The notes: a model not told the origin generated them from the sequence alone. A stretch of 64,000 nt of DNA from Chiloscyllium plagiosum (GCF_004010195.1 NC_057719.1:5146412-5210411); one strand, 5' to 3'. Shown: positions 52,856 to 63,389, counted from the first letter of the stretch. Translations and numbers: made by a program.

Positions 52856-52882
52856 GATGTCATTCCACAGCTGACATTGTCT

Positions 52883-52975
52883 GTTCCTGGTGAAGGGTTC
52901 CTGCCGTACGTCAGTTTTCCTGCTCCTTGGATGCTGCCTGACCTGCTGTACTTTTCCAGCACCACTCTAATCTTT
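52883..52975 (+). mobile_element. Degenerate family A solo unit
   Basis: CCTGGTGAAGGG...GGATGCTGCCTGACCTGCTG; flanked by ATTGTCTGT. Confidence 0.7.
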
Positions 52976-53869
52976 TAGATTGTCTGTAGCATCTACATGT
53001 GGGGACAGTTTTCTAAAGGACGGTACAGGCAAGGAATCAAACTAAAGGAAAACTTCACTAAAACTTAAATAAGACACTCCACTGTCCTGGATAGAACCGG
53101 AATGTACACAGCACAGCTTCTTGAATCACAGGATGTACATACAGAAGGAAACCATTCAGCCTATGAAGTCTGTGCTGACTATTATGATGGGGGAATCAGT
53201 CCTACATTCCATCTCTTTCCCCGTGATTATATTTTTCTCAAAATATCTTATGCAGTTCCTTTTTGAACTTTACTGTTGAGTCTATATCCATTACCCTAAT
53301 GGACAGTGCATTGAGAATCCTGACCATGTATTGTGTGATAATATTTATCCTCATGTCCCCTCTAGTTTTTGCTATGATCGTCATAAGTTTGTAGCCTAGG
53401 GTTTGTCAACTTTCAGCCATTGGAAACAGTATCTTTTATTTACTTTGTCTAATTCCTTCATAAGTCTAAATACTTCTATCAAATCTCTTCTTAGGCTTCT
53501 TTGCTGTAAGATGAACAGAGTATAAATCTATACTGGACCATTGCCCTGTGTATACAGTTAAGAAAGGCAGCTAGAAGCTGATTAGTTTGTTTAGGACATG
53601 GGCTCCTGTTTGGGAAGGATCAAGTGGAATAAACCACGTGAACCGAGTACTAAGACTGAGGTGCACTCATTTGGATCAACCTTTAAACTGAAGTCCTATC
53701 TATAACAACAATTTGGATTTGTATACAACTGTCAATGCAGTAAAAATCTCTGCACCAGGCCCCAAAGAAAGAAACCATCTGTTTAACAAGTTTCACAAGC
53801 ACGAGACGTTTGAAAGTATTGTAATGCCATTGAAGCACCTTTTTTTAAAATGTGTAGTCATGGTTGTAA

Positions 53870-54165
53870 TTTAAGATGCACAGGAAAATCCTGTAAACGG
53901 TAATATGATAATGACCAGATAATCTGTTTCTTTGAGATGTCAATTGAAATATTGAAACGTTGGTTGGGACAGCTTTTCTTGGATATGTGCAATGGGATTT
54001 TCTAGATCCACCTGAGTAGGTGGATAATCTTTTGTCCTAAGGACAGCATCTCTGGCAATGCGGCACTCCCTGCACGTGGAGCTAGCATTCAGTCCTTGGG
54101 GTGGGACCTGAAACCAGTACCTTGTGACTTGTGACTCACGAGATAAGCGTGCTACTCACTGAATA
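53870..54165 (-). mobile_element. Deu-domain (SacSINE1/AmnSINE-like) SINE remnant; related pieces ~745-800, 26290-26390, 37520-37560, 40045-40100
   Basis: GACAGCATCTCTGGCAATGCGGCACTCCCT motif, recalled as Deu-domain-like. Confidence 0.5.
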
Positions 54166-54844
54166 ATAATTGACACAAGGGAACAGTAGCACAAGTGATC
54201 AAGTGCTTAGAAAAACAGGATTGATTTTTGAAACATTTTAAATGAGTGGAGAAAGCCACACAGTTTGAGGAGGACTTAGAAAGCTGAAGACTACCCCCCA
54301 TCAATGCCAAACAACCCCAACTATCAGCAATCCCAGAGTTTCTTGGGAGAGACAGAGGCTTGGACTAAAGATCAAGATGAATAAAAGGTCAAGGAATTAT
54401 ATAATTCTTTACTGACTTCCTTTTGTGTTGAAAGCTAGTCCAGGAGATCACTTTAACCAGGATTTTTTTTTAAGCTGTTATTACACCCGGCTTTCACCTC
54501 TGGCCTAATTCACCTTTGAAAGTCTGCAGGGGCCCACACTAGCTCATTCTGACCATGGTTTTGAAATTGAAGAGAGGGCTTACATCCACCACAGCTCCAG
54601 TGAATGTTTAAAATCCCCCAATAATCCAGACCAAGATCTCACCCACCCATTGGCTTCTCAACTCTGGATGCTCCAGGAACTTTCATCACATGCCTTCACA
54701 CTTTGAGCTGCACTAACGCCAGCTTCCCATCACTGGTCTATTCTCCAGCTCTTCTGCTTTCCATGGTCAATTGTTCAGGCTCTCTATTATCCAGCTGGAT
54801 AAATCCTGATGGTTAGTGAAACCATTAGTTTCTTTTCCCTCAGT

Positions 54845-56090
54845 CGGAAATTGTGTGCCATTAACTTGTTTGAGTTTTTTGAAGAAATAACGAAGAGGAT
54901 TGATGAGGGCAGAGCAGTGGACGTGATCTCCAAGGACTTCAGTAAGGCATTTGGCAAGGTTCCCCATAGGAGTCTGTTTAGCAAGATTAGATTACATGGA
55001 ACACAAGGACAACTAGCCATTTGGGCGCAGAACTGGCTTGAAAGTAGAAGACAGAGGGTGGCAGTGGAGGGTTACCTTTCAGACTGGAGGCCTGTGACCA
55101 GTGGTGTGCCATACGGATCGGTGCTGGGTCCATTACTTTTCTTCATTTATATAAATGATTTGGATGTGAAGAATTGGAGATATGGTTAGTAAGTTTGCAG
55201 ATGACACCAAAATTGGAGGGGTAGTCGACAGCAAAGGTTACCTCAGAGTACATTGGGATCTTGTTCAGATGGGCTGGTGGGCTGAGGAGTGGCAGATCAA
55301 ATTTAATTTAGATAAATGTGAAGTGCTGCATTTTGGAAAAGCAAATCAGAGCAGGACTTAGACAATAAATGGTAGGTTTCTGAGGGGTGTTGCTGAACAA
55401 AGAAACCTTGGAGTGTATGTTTAGTTCCTTGAAAGTAGAGTCACAGGTGGACAGGGTAGTGCAGAAGGTGTTTGGTATGCTTACCTTTACTGGTCAGTGC
55501 ATAGATTGTAGGAGTTGGGAGTTCATGTTGTAGCTGTACAAGATATCGGTTAGGCTAATTCTGGAATACTGCGTTCAATTCTGGTCTCCCTGCTACAGGA
55601 ATGATATTGTGAGACTTGAAAGAGTTTAGAAAGATTTACAAAGATGTTGCCAGGGTTGGAGGGTTAGAGCTATAGGGAGAGATTGAATAGGCTGGGGCAG
55701 TTTTCCCTGGAGCATTGGAGGCCTAGGGGTGACCTTATAGAGGTTTATAAACTCATGAGGGGCATAGATAGGGTGAATAGCCAAGGTCTTTTTCATGGAG
55801 TGGGAGTGTCCAAAACTAGAGGGGATAGGTTTAATGTAAGAATGGAAAGATTTAAAAGGGTAAACGTTTTCAAGTAGAGGGTGGTGCGTATATGGAATGA
55901 GCTGCCAGGGGAAGTGGTGGAGGCTGGTACAATTATAACGCTTAAAAGGCATCCGGATGTGTATATGAATAGGAAGCGTTTAGAGGGATATGGATCAAGT
56001 GCTGGCAAATGGGACTAGATCAGTATAGGACATTTGGTCGGCCTTAATTTGGACTGAAGAGTCTGTTTGCATGCTATACAGTTCTATGAT
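54845..56090 (+). mobile_element. CR1 LINE, RT to 3' end
   Basis: NLFEFFEE...[11 protein letters not shown]...[21 protein letters not shown]. Confidence 0.95.
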
Positions 56091-56233
56091 TCTAATTTTA
56101 CAAGCGATAAATAAAGTGTTCAAAGAAAATGAAAATACCACTTTTATTTTGCCACATCCTGTGATTTCTTACCTTGCCTCTGGCTGGAGGCAGGGTCCAG
56201 GAGATTAAATCTCTAATTCCGGTAGAATGCAGC

Positions 56234-56560
56234 GAACAAAATGTTTATTTCTCAGCAATACTCAGGTCCTGCACCAAACGATTAAAAATTATTGAACAGT
56301 ATGTTTATTGTTGATGTTTTGATCACAGAGGCAAATGATTGTTAAATTTGATTGTTAAGTTTGAAAGTGAGCAACCAGTCAGTACACACAATCACACTTA
56401 ACAATCATTTGTCCCTGTGATCAAAAGATCAACAACAAACATACCCTTCAATAATTTTTAATTGTTTGGTGCAGGACCTGAGTATTGCTGAGAAATAAAC
56501 ATTTTGTTCAATCTTTTCATCTTGCATTCATTAGACCAATTACAAAAATACCCATGTAAA
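56234..56560. mobile_element. AT-rich fold-back element (family E), ~110-bp arms plus one-sided tail
   Basis: GAACAAAATGTTTATTTCTCAGCAATACTCAGGTCCTGCACCAAAC (56234...) inverted at ...56509. Confidence 0.8.
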
Positions 56561-56604
56561 AGGAATAACAGCCATTAAATGTGATCATGCACAGTGGCTT
56601 AGTT

Positions 56605-56880
56605 AGGGTGGCATGGTGGCTCAGTGGTTAGCACTGCTGCCTCACAGCGCCAGGGACCCAGGTTTGATTCCCACCTCGGGCGACTGTCTGTGTGGAGTTT
56701 TGCACATTCTCCACGTGTCTGCGTGTGTTTCCTCGCACAATGTGCAGGCCAGGTGAATTGTCCATAGTGTTTAGGGTAAATGTAGAGGAATGGGTCTAGG
56801 GGGTTACTCTGCAGAGGGTTGGTGTGGACTTGTTGGGCTGAAGGGCCTGTTTCCATGCTGTAGGTAATCTAATCTAATCA
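56605..56880 (+). mobile_element. HE1-like SINE
   Basis: A/B boxes and (TAATC)n tail. Confidence 0.9.
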
Positions 56881-58283
56881 CTGGTCCATCAGGCAAAAGC
56901 CTTTCACCATCAAATATTTCAGATAGAAATTGATGGCAGAGGGCTGTCATAACATTTTGATGAGCACTTGTGATGGGCTAAATGCTACAAAATGGGATTG
57001 GGATTGTCAGATGGATGGTTTTGTCTGACGTGACTATGATGGGCTGAAGGGCTTTTTTCTGTGCTATAGGTTCCGATAACTCCTATGGTGCAGTGGTAGT
57101 GTCCCTACCTCTGGACGAGGAGGCCTTGATTCAATTTCCACCTGCTCCAGACGTGTGTTATAACATGTCTGAACAAGTTGATTAAAAATATCGAAAATGT
57201 TCCTCCTTCTTTACGTCGGTACATCTTACCACTGTCCTGATCACACAAGATGAAAAACTTCATCGAAATGTGTCTTTTTCCACAAAGCAATTTTTGTGAA
57301 ACAATGCAAGAAACGTTGACCTGATAAGGGTGCAATAAGGGCATGAGGACTTGAATGCTTCTCTGGAACAGGCTCAGATAATTAAGTCGCATGTCATCTG
57401 AAAACTGAATGGGATGATAAATAAGTTTTCCATCTGTCCTACGGGGTATAAAGATTTCATGGTAGGAAAAAAGGGGAATTCTTGGCAAATATGTATCGAC
57501 ATCTGGTGGCGGTTTCATTGCTGCTTGTGGGGGCTTGTTGTGTGAAACTTCACTGTGTCTCCAACCTTGCAGTAATGTTCAAACCTACTTCATTGGTCCT
57601 GAGTTGCATCAGGGCTCACTGTAGTCTCAAAGGGCATGACGGAAAAGCAAGACCTTTGTCACAGATTTGTTTATGCTTTGTTCGTGTGGGGAGAGTAATC
57701 ATTCTGTTAATTTAATGGTTGTCCAACTATCATCAAGCAATGTGAGATAAAAGCTGATTACTGATCTCAATCTTGAGATGAACTCAGAACATGGTTAGGA
57801 ACATGGGACTGGGATATCATAGCAATTACAGAAACATGTCTCAGAGACGGGCAGGACTGACAGCTTAATGTTCCAGGATACAAATGCTACAGGAAGGATA
57901 GAAAGGGAGGCAAGGGAGGAGGGGGAGTGACGTTTTTGATAAGGGATAGCATTACAACTGTGCTGAGGGAGGATATTCCCAGATATACATCCAGGGAAGT
58001 TACTTGGGTGGAACTGAGAAATAAGAAAGGGACAATCACCTTATTTGGATTGTATTATAGACCCCCTTATAGTCAGAGGGAAATTGAGAAACAAACTTGT
58101 AAGGAGATCTCAGCTATCTGTAAGAATAATAGAGTTGTTACAGTAGGGGATTTTAACCTTCCAAACATAGACTGGGACTGCCATAGTGTTAAGGTTTTAG
58201 ATGGAGAAGAATTTGTTAAGTGTGTACAAGACAATTTTCAGATTCAGTATGTGGATGTACCTACTAGAGAAGGTGCAAAACTT

Positions 58284-58475
58284 TGAGGAGAAAGTGAGGT
58301 CTGCAGATGCTGGAGATCAGAGCTGAAAATGTGTTGCTGGAAAAGCGCAGCAGGTCAGGCAGCATCCAGGGAACAGGAGAATTCCTGAAGAAGGGCTTAT
58401 GCCCGAAACGTCGATTCTCCTGTTCCCTGGATGCTGCCTGACCTGCTGCACTTTTCCAGCAACACATTTTCAGCC
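58284..58475. mobile_element. Family A fold-back element with a single unpaired core, 14-bp TSD
   Basis: TSD AAGGTGCAAAACTT at 58270-58283 and 58476-58489; core 58385-58412. Confidence 0.9.
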
Positions 58476-59759
58476 AAGGTGCAAAACTTGACCTACTCTG
58501 GGAAATAAGGCCGGGCAGGTGACTGAGGTGTCAGTGGGGGAGCACTTTGGGGCCAGCGACCATAATTCCATTAGGTTTAAAATAGTGATGGAAAAGGATA
58601 GACTAGATCTAAAAGTTGAAGTTCTAAATTGGAGAAAGGCCAAGTTTGACGGTATTAGGCAAGAACTTCGAAAAGCTGATTGGGGGCAGATGTTCGCAGG
58701 TAAAGGGAAAATGGCCTTCAGAAATGAGATAACGAGAATCCAGGGAAAGTGTATTCCTGTCAGGGTGAAAGTAAAGGCTGGTAGATATAGGGAATGCTGG
58801 ATACAAAGAAATTGAGGGTTCGGTTAAGAAAAAGGAAGGTATAGACAGGATAGATTGAGTGAATCCTTAGAGTATAAAGGAAGTAGGAGTATACTTAAGA
58901 GGGAAATCAAGAGGGCAAAAAGGGGACATGAGATAGCGATGGCAAATAGAATTAAGGAGAATCCAAAGAGTTTTTACAAATACATTAAGGACAAAAGGGT
59001 AACTAGGGCGAGAATAGGGCCCCTCAAAGATCAGCAAGGCGGCCTTTTTGTGGAGCCGCAGAAAATGGGGGAGATACTAAATGAGTATTTTGCATCAGTA
59101 TTTACTGTGGAAAAGGATATGGAAGATATAGACTGTAGGGAAATAGATGACGACATCTTGCAAAATGTCCATATTACAGAGGAGGTGGTGTTGGTTGTCT
59201 TGAAACACATAAAAGTGGATAAATTCCCAGGACCTGATCAGGTATACCCTAGAACACTGAGACTGATTAGCAAGGTTAGATCTCATGGAATACAGGGAGA
59301 ACTAGCCATTTGTATACAGAACTGGCTCAAAGGTAGAAGACAGAGGGTGACGGTGGAGGGTTGTTTTTCAGACTGGAGGCCTGTGACCAGTGGAGTGCCA
59401 CAAGGATCGGTGCTGGGTCCTCTATTTTTTGTCATTTACATAAATAATTTGGATCTGAGCATAAGAGGTACAGTTAGTAAGTTTGTAGATGACACCAAAA
59501 TTGAAGGTGTAGTGGACAGTGAAGATGGTTACCTTAGATTACAACAGGATCTGGACCAGATGCGCCAATGGGCTGAGAAGTGGCAGATGGAGTTTAATTC
59601 AGATAAATGTGAGGTGCTGCATTTTGGGAAATCAAATCTTAGCAGGACTTATACACTTAATGGTAAGGTCCGAGGGAGTGTTGCTGAACAAAGAGACCTT
59701 GGAATGCAGGTTCATAGCTCCTTGAAAGTGGAGTCGCAGGTAGATAGGATAGTGAAGAA

Positions 59760-59983
59760 NNNNNNNNNNNNNNNNNNNNNNNNNNNNNNNNNNNNNNNNN
59801 NNNNNNNNNNNNNNNNNNNNNNNNNNNNNNNNNNNNNNNNNNNNNNNNNNNNNNNNNNNNNNNNNNNNNNNNNNNNNNNNNNNNNNNNNNNNNNNNNNNN
59901 NNNNNNNNNNNNNNNNNNNNNNNNNNNNNNNNNNNNNNNNNNNNNNNNNNNNNNNNNNNNNNNNNNNNNNNNNNNNNNNNNNN
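59760..59983. other. Assembly gap (N run)
   Basis: Ns in sequence. Confidence 1.
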
Positions 59984-60719
59984 AGCTGCCAGAGGAAGTG
60001 GTGGAGGCTGGTACAATTGCAACATTTAAAAGGCATTTGGATGGGTATATGAATAGGAAGGGTTTGGAAGGATATGGGCCAGGTGCTGGCAGGTGGGACT
60101 AGATTAGGTTGGGATATCTGGTCGGCATGGACGGGTTGGACCGAAGGGTCTGTTTCCATGCTGTACATCTCTATGATTCTATGACTATGCTACTGCTGCT
60201 GGCTGATTTAAAATGGAAATGATATGGTAGTGGAAAAAACTGAAAGGGCTCAACAGAATTATCAGTGACCGAGAGAGGCGACAGCTTAATGTTCATTTAG
60301 AACTGTTCTGATTGGAAAGACACAATAATTTAGGGTAGTATTAATGTCCCCATGGACAGATTTGGTTGATTATAAAGAGTCAACACAGATTTCTCATGGG
60401 AAAATTATGTTTAACTAACTTGCTAGAGATTTTTCATAAGGTAATACAGAGGGTTGATGAGTTGGAGGCTGTAAGTGTGATCTACATGGATGTCCAGAAG
60501 ACATTTGATCCAGTGCTACACAACAGACACAGAGAGCCAATGGCTTAATGCTATTATCAGTAAATTGTTAACCCACAGACTCAGAGACTCCATAGTTTGG
60601 AGAGAGAGCTTTAGTTTGAGTTTTGGACAGTCCTGTGAAGTCCTTGGAATAGGATGGCTACATGGACCAGCATTCCTGAGAAGGGAAGGATGTATTTACC
60701 TCCTCATTTGCTCTTCAAT

Positions 60720-61500
60720 ATTTCAAAATCTATCTGCCTCCTCTTTAAATACTTTTAGTGATTGAGCCTCCACAACTCGCTGGGATAGGGGATTCCAGAC
60801 ATTCATATCCTCTGAGAGAAGAAATTCCTTCATATCTCCATTTTAAATTAGTGTCCCCTTATTTTGTAACAATGTCCCTAGTTCGAGATTCCCCCACTAA
60901 TAGGAAACATCTTCTCTGCATCTACCCTGTAAAGCCTCCTCAGAATCTTGTATGTTTCAATAAGATCACCCCTCATTCTTCTGAACTCAAATGAATAAAG
61001 ATCGAATCTGTTTAGTCATTTTTCATATGTCTATCCTTTCAACCCAGGAATAAACCTAGTGAATCTCTCTTGAACTGTCTCCAATGTCAATACATGCTTT
61101 CTTAAATACAGGGACCAAAACTGTACACAGTCCTGATACTGTGGTCTCAGCAACACTCTGCACAGTTGTAACAAGACTTACCCATTTTAAAATTCTGTAG
61201 CAATAAATGCCAAAATTCAATTTGCTATCTGAATTACTTGCTGTAACTGCATGCTTATATTTTGGGTTCATGCACAGGAATACCTAGAACCTTGTGTGGT
61301 ACATTCTTTTTAGAGTCTCTCTCAATTGAATTAATACAGTTTTATTATTTTTTTCTTCCTACCAAAGTGCATGACCACATACTTCCCTACATTCAACTCC
61401 ATCTGTCAAGTTTTTTGTCCACTCATTCAACCTATCATCACTTTGCACATCACTACATCCCTTCCCACCTATTTTTGCTGCATCAGCAAGTTTGGATACA
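60720..61500 (-). mobile_element. Older CR1 fragment
   Basis: Reverse-complement ORF2 C-terminal remnants (CAGTTTTGGTCCC, TTCTTCTCTCAGAGG). Confidence 0.7.
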
Positions 61501-61904
61501 TTATATTCTGCCCATGGGTGAGGAAGTCTTTCAATTCATCCACAAGTATTTTCTAAAATATAAATAAGAGATCTGCTGCACAATGTATTTTGTAGTCAAA
61601 TCAAATGTAGGATGAATGACAGGCATTTCAATGGATTAATAACGTAATAGTATTGACGAAAAGAGAGGCTAGCCAGTAATAAAACAAAGAACTGAAATAT
61701 ACAAAGAAACACAGAAATGGCTGGAGAAATGCAGTAAGTCTGGCAGCATTGTAAAGAGAAACCAGAGTTAACATTGAACCCTTCTTCAGAACAATCCAGT
61801 AATGTATTTTTGTGTGAGTTCTCTTAACACAATGCAGCAACATGACAGGCAGAGGGTGAGTACAATGAATGAATGATAGGTGATTGTGACTGGAAATTAT
61901 GAGG

Positions 61905-61940
61905 CTTTTTCTCAGTTTCTCTGTGTCTCTTTCCCTCCAG
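61905..61940 (+). promoter_or_regulatory. Splice acceptor for the GPCR coding exon
   Basis: Polypyrimidine tract TTTCTCTGTGTCTCTTTCCCTCCAG ending at 61940, 135 nt before the ATG. Confidence 0.7.
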
Positions 61941-62075
61941 CTAGAAAATCTGCAATGGAAAAGAATTTGAAGAAATAATATCAGGACAAGTTTGATCCAA
62001 CAAGCAAGGCCATAGCTGGGAATCCAATGCACAAATAAGTTTATTTTGAAAGAAAATTTTGAGTTGTGTTGAACG

Positions 62076-63104
62076 ATGAGCAACTGTACTGTCGACCACA
62101 GTATCCACCAGATCCTGTTTCCCGCCGTCTACATTGGGGTCTTCATCATTGGCCTCCCGATTAACCTGCTGTCCCTGTATCACAGCTACCTACAGATCAG
62201 GCAGAAGAATGAGCTGGGAATCTATCTCTGTAATCTGACCATCTCAGACCTGTTGTACCTCCTTTCCTTACCTTTGTGGATTCAGTACATGCTGCAGCAC
62301 GATGACTGGCAATATTCTCGGGAACTTTGCATCTTCAGCGGTCTGCTCCTCTACCAGAATATTTACATCAGTATTGGCTTCCTCTGCTTCATTGCCATTA
62401 ATCGCTTCCTTGTTGTGGCTTACCCTCTGAAATTTAAATTCATACACAGCAGGAAGGCAGCTTTGCTCATCAGTATTCTCATCTGGCTCAAGGAGATAGC
62501 TGTCTGCACCATTTACATGGGCTCCAAGGTTCTCAGTAAAGACGAGGGGAATGATACCCTGTGTTTTGAACATTATCCTCTGCGCCTAAAGGACAGATAT
62601 TTAAATATTTACAAACTCTCCATTGGCTTCAGCCTCCCTTTGATATTATTGATCTACTCTTACTATAAGGTGTTGAGAGTTGTGCACAAAAGCCATGGAC
62701 TTGAAAGACAGCGGAAATTAAGAATAAAAAAATTGGTATCTGGGACAATCATCATTTTCCTGGCTTGCTTTGCCCCTTATCACATTTTCCTGATGGTTCG
62801 AAGCATATTTGAGTATGACTGTCCCTTTGCTGACAGTATTTTTGAGGTTTACCATTTTGGGCTCCTGCTGATGAGCTTAAACTGTGTGGCCGACCCTGTT
62901 TTGTACTGTTTCATATCACAGAGTTCCCAGAGCTGGTTAGCCAGGTTCCTGGATCCTGTTATCAATCTGCTTCCTTGTGGGAAAAAAGAAGAAATTGTGG
63001 CCCTTGAGATGAAGGGCAGCTCACCGCTTACAACTAAAACAAGTCTGTTACCTCAAAGACACCAGAAACAAGAAAAATATGAATACCAACACTCAAAGGT
63101 GTGA
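62076..63104 (+). CDS. GPR68: Proton-sensing class A GPCR, GPR68/OGR1-like (342 aa; ortholog versus paralog unresolved)
   Basis: Intact ORF with 7 hydrophobic segments; GPR68-like motifs CTVDHSIHQ, NELGIYLCNLT, LQHDDW, CFEHYP, CFAPYH and NCVADPVLYCF. Confidence 0.9.
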   Translation: MSNCTVDHSIHQILFPAVYIGVFIIGLPINLLSLYHSYLQIRQKNELGIYLCNLTISDLLYLLSLPLWIQYMLQHDDWQYSRELCIFSGLLLYQNIYISIGFLCFIAINRFLVVAYPLKFKFIHSRKAALLISILIWLKEIAVCTIYMGSKVLSKDEGNDTLCFEHYPLRLKDRYLNIYKLSIGFSLPLILLIYSYYKVLRVVHKSHGLERQRKLRIKKLVSGTIIIFLACFAPYHIFLMVRSIFEYDCPFADSIFEVYHFGLLLMSLNCVADPVLYCFISQSSQSWLARFLDPVINLLPCGKKEEIVALEMKGSSPLTTKTSLLPQRHQKQEKYEYQHSKV

Positions 63105-63315
63105 ACTGTTAATTAAACTTCTCCTGGTCTTTCAGTAAAATCCACACACATAGATGTGCTGGGGTCAGAGGACAAAGTATGAAGTGTAAAGGAGGCTTAA
63201 TTCAAGAGCGTTGCAATATAAAAGCAAAGTACTGTAGCTGCTAGTAATCTAAAATAAAGACAGTGAATCCCGGAGAATCTCAGCAGCTCTGGCAGCATTT
63301 TTATACAGAGAAACA

Positions 63316-63357
63316 GAGTTAACGTTTCGAGTCTGATGTAGCTCTTCATCAGAACTC
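63316..63357 (-). ncRNA. Minimal hammerhead-like motif (family C/D) downstream of the GPCR stop codon
   Basis: Reverse complement GAGTT-CTGATGA-A-GAG...CTC-GAAA-CGTT-AACTC: 5-bp stem I, AACGTT palindrome. Confidence 0.65.
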
Positions 63358-63389
63358 AGTGTCTGAGTATATCAGCCTGTGTTAGTGTT

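Larger units (their letters stand above)
57780..60185 (+). mobile_element. Young CR1 LINE (endonuclease-RT-3' end), internally deleted and spanning the assembly gap
   Basis: EN motifs YYRPP and GDFNLPNIDW; RT GVPQGSVLGP and KFVDDTK; ORF 58855-60102 jumps from YPRTL to RLISK. Confidence 0.95.

Noticed and set aside
8010..58467. Recurrent small ORFs such as MCCWKSAAGQAAS... and ...LLLGCCLTCCAFP... as a peptide family
   Set aside because: They are translations of the family A palindrome on both strands, use non-ATG starts, and frames are not preserved between copies.
58855..60102. 415-aa ORF as a functional reverse transcriptase gene
   Set aside because: CR1 ORF2 piece with an internal deletion of the RT N-terminal motifs, upstream frameshifts and an insertion; it also runs through an N gap.
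62268..62573. Antisense ORF inside the GPCR, and ORFs 61628-62083 and 61941-62183
   Set aside because: Shadow frames of the real CDS or of repeats, with no recognisable domain.
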